Source of the DNA: Dimorphilus gyrociliatus
Lineage: Eukaryota > Animalia > Annelida
Assembly (NCBI GenBank): GCA_904063045.1
Contig: CAJFCJ010000019.1
Location: forward strand, 2,061,700-2,125,699
Length of the DNA: 64,000 nucleotides
Reading direction: 5' to 3'
Below the pieces are notes generated by a model. The model saw only the letters and a list, made by a program, of their open reading frames with translations, was not told the DNA's origin and made no database searches. The translations under genes and the position numbers were made by a program. Numbering within the stretch: the stretch's first letter is position 1; each line of letters begins with the position of its first letter. Shown here piece after piece: positions 63,287-64,000 of the stretch.

Positions 63287-64000
63287 ATGGAAGACAGTAA
63301 ATCGTCCACTTACACTCCAATGGAAGATGGAGGACCACCATCAAGATGTGGTAGAGAACCGGAAACAGGATCTGAAAAAAAAAGAGACTCTTCAAACGTC
63401 TGCTCGTCAAAACAAACTTATAATTCAAGAGAATTAAACGAAGGAGAAATATCAGCAAAAAAAGCTAAAACAGAAACATCGAATGCTGAAAAAATTTTAG
63501 CAAAAGACTACGGCTATTATTTTAACGACAGTAAGTTAAAACTATTTTACAATTGCATATGCGATATTCATTGGCTTTTTTAGATGGTGAATTAGTTCAT
63601 AATGATACAAAAGATAAGTTCGTTTATGAATTCTATGATCAAAAATCTAAAAATCAAGAAAGATACGAAAATATTGGTGACGTAAGTAATTCCTTAATAA
63701 TATATTTATTAAAAATTATTAAATTTTGATTTAATTGCTAATTAGCTAATAACAGAGATTATTTATGAAAAACTAGAATCCGAGTTCAAATTAAAAAAAT
63801 ATAATATGAAGGGTAGACCATTTCAAAATTCAGACGACAAAGATGGATTCGTATTTGCTACAGATGATTTCAATCAAAAAGATAAGATTTTACTTCTTAT
63901 ACATGGTTCAGGAGTTGTTAGAGCCGGCCAATGGGCAAGACGATTAATTATAAATGAAAGCTTAAAAACTGGAACTCAGTTTGAATATATTAAGAGAGGT
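63287..64000 (+). CDS. FAM172A: FAM172A/ARB2A (Arb2-domain hydrolase-fold protein), 5' part; continues off the right edge
   Basis: Exons 63287-63530, 63584-63681 and 63746 to the end. YGYYFN.NGEL, NQERYE.IGD.ITE.IY..LE, and LLLIHGSGVVRAGQWARRLIINESL..GTQ..YIKR. Confidence 0.93.

Noticed and set aside
1-64000. Prokaryotic systems (CRISPR, operons, defence islands), rRNA/tRNA genes or intact transposons
   Set aside because: All recognisable genes are spliceosomal-intron-containing metazoan genes. I saw no repeat-spacer arrays, cloverleafs, or transposase/RT ORFs.

Overview
AT-rich eukaryotic (metazoan) genomic DNA, very gene-dense, with many introns of about 50-100 nt. The gene content and compact architecture fit a compact-genome lophotrochozoan such as a meiofaunal annelid (inference, not verified). 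I spliced the ORF fragments by hand into about 19 protein-coding gene models. In order: PIGQ (partial), CCDC6 copy A, chondroitin sulfate synthase copy A, QRSL1/GatA, a long-chain acyl-CoA synthetase, NDUFB8, CCDC6 copy B, chondroitin sulfate synthase copy B, an ABCC/MRP-type transporter, a RING-less coiled-coil/NHL protein, a 15-finger C2H2 protein, AUP1, BNIP3, an ankyrin-TRP channel, GPATCH4, a secreted 16xEGF + ShKT-like protein, a DUF4062/NACHT/WD40 (NWD-like) gene with an orphan gene nested antisense in its largest intron, PDXDC1 and FAM172A/ARB2A (partial). Most notable observations: (1) two interleaved inverted gene duplications, where the CHSY copies share a 1,868-nt tract with only 3 differences but have diverged 5' halves, suggesting gene conversion and possibly an invertible 12.8-kb cassette; (2) an intact 12-exon ABCC whose two nucleotide-binding domains have both lost key catalytic motifs; (3) a nested antisense gene whose last codons overlap a host coding exon; (4) a TRPVL-like channel preceded by a spliced, apparently non-coding upstream transcript or leader; (5) an EGF-array/ShKT-like secreted protein and a PY-motif NHL protein. 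No rRNA, tRNA, CRISPR array or recognisable intact transposon was seen. Exon boundaries were derived by eye and may be off by a few nt.
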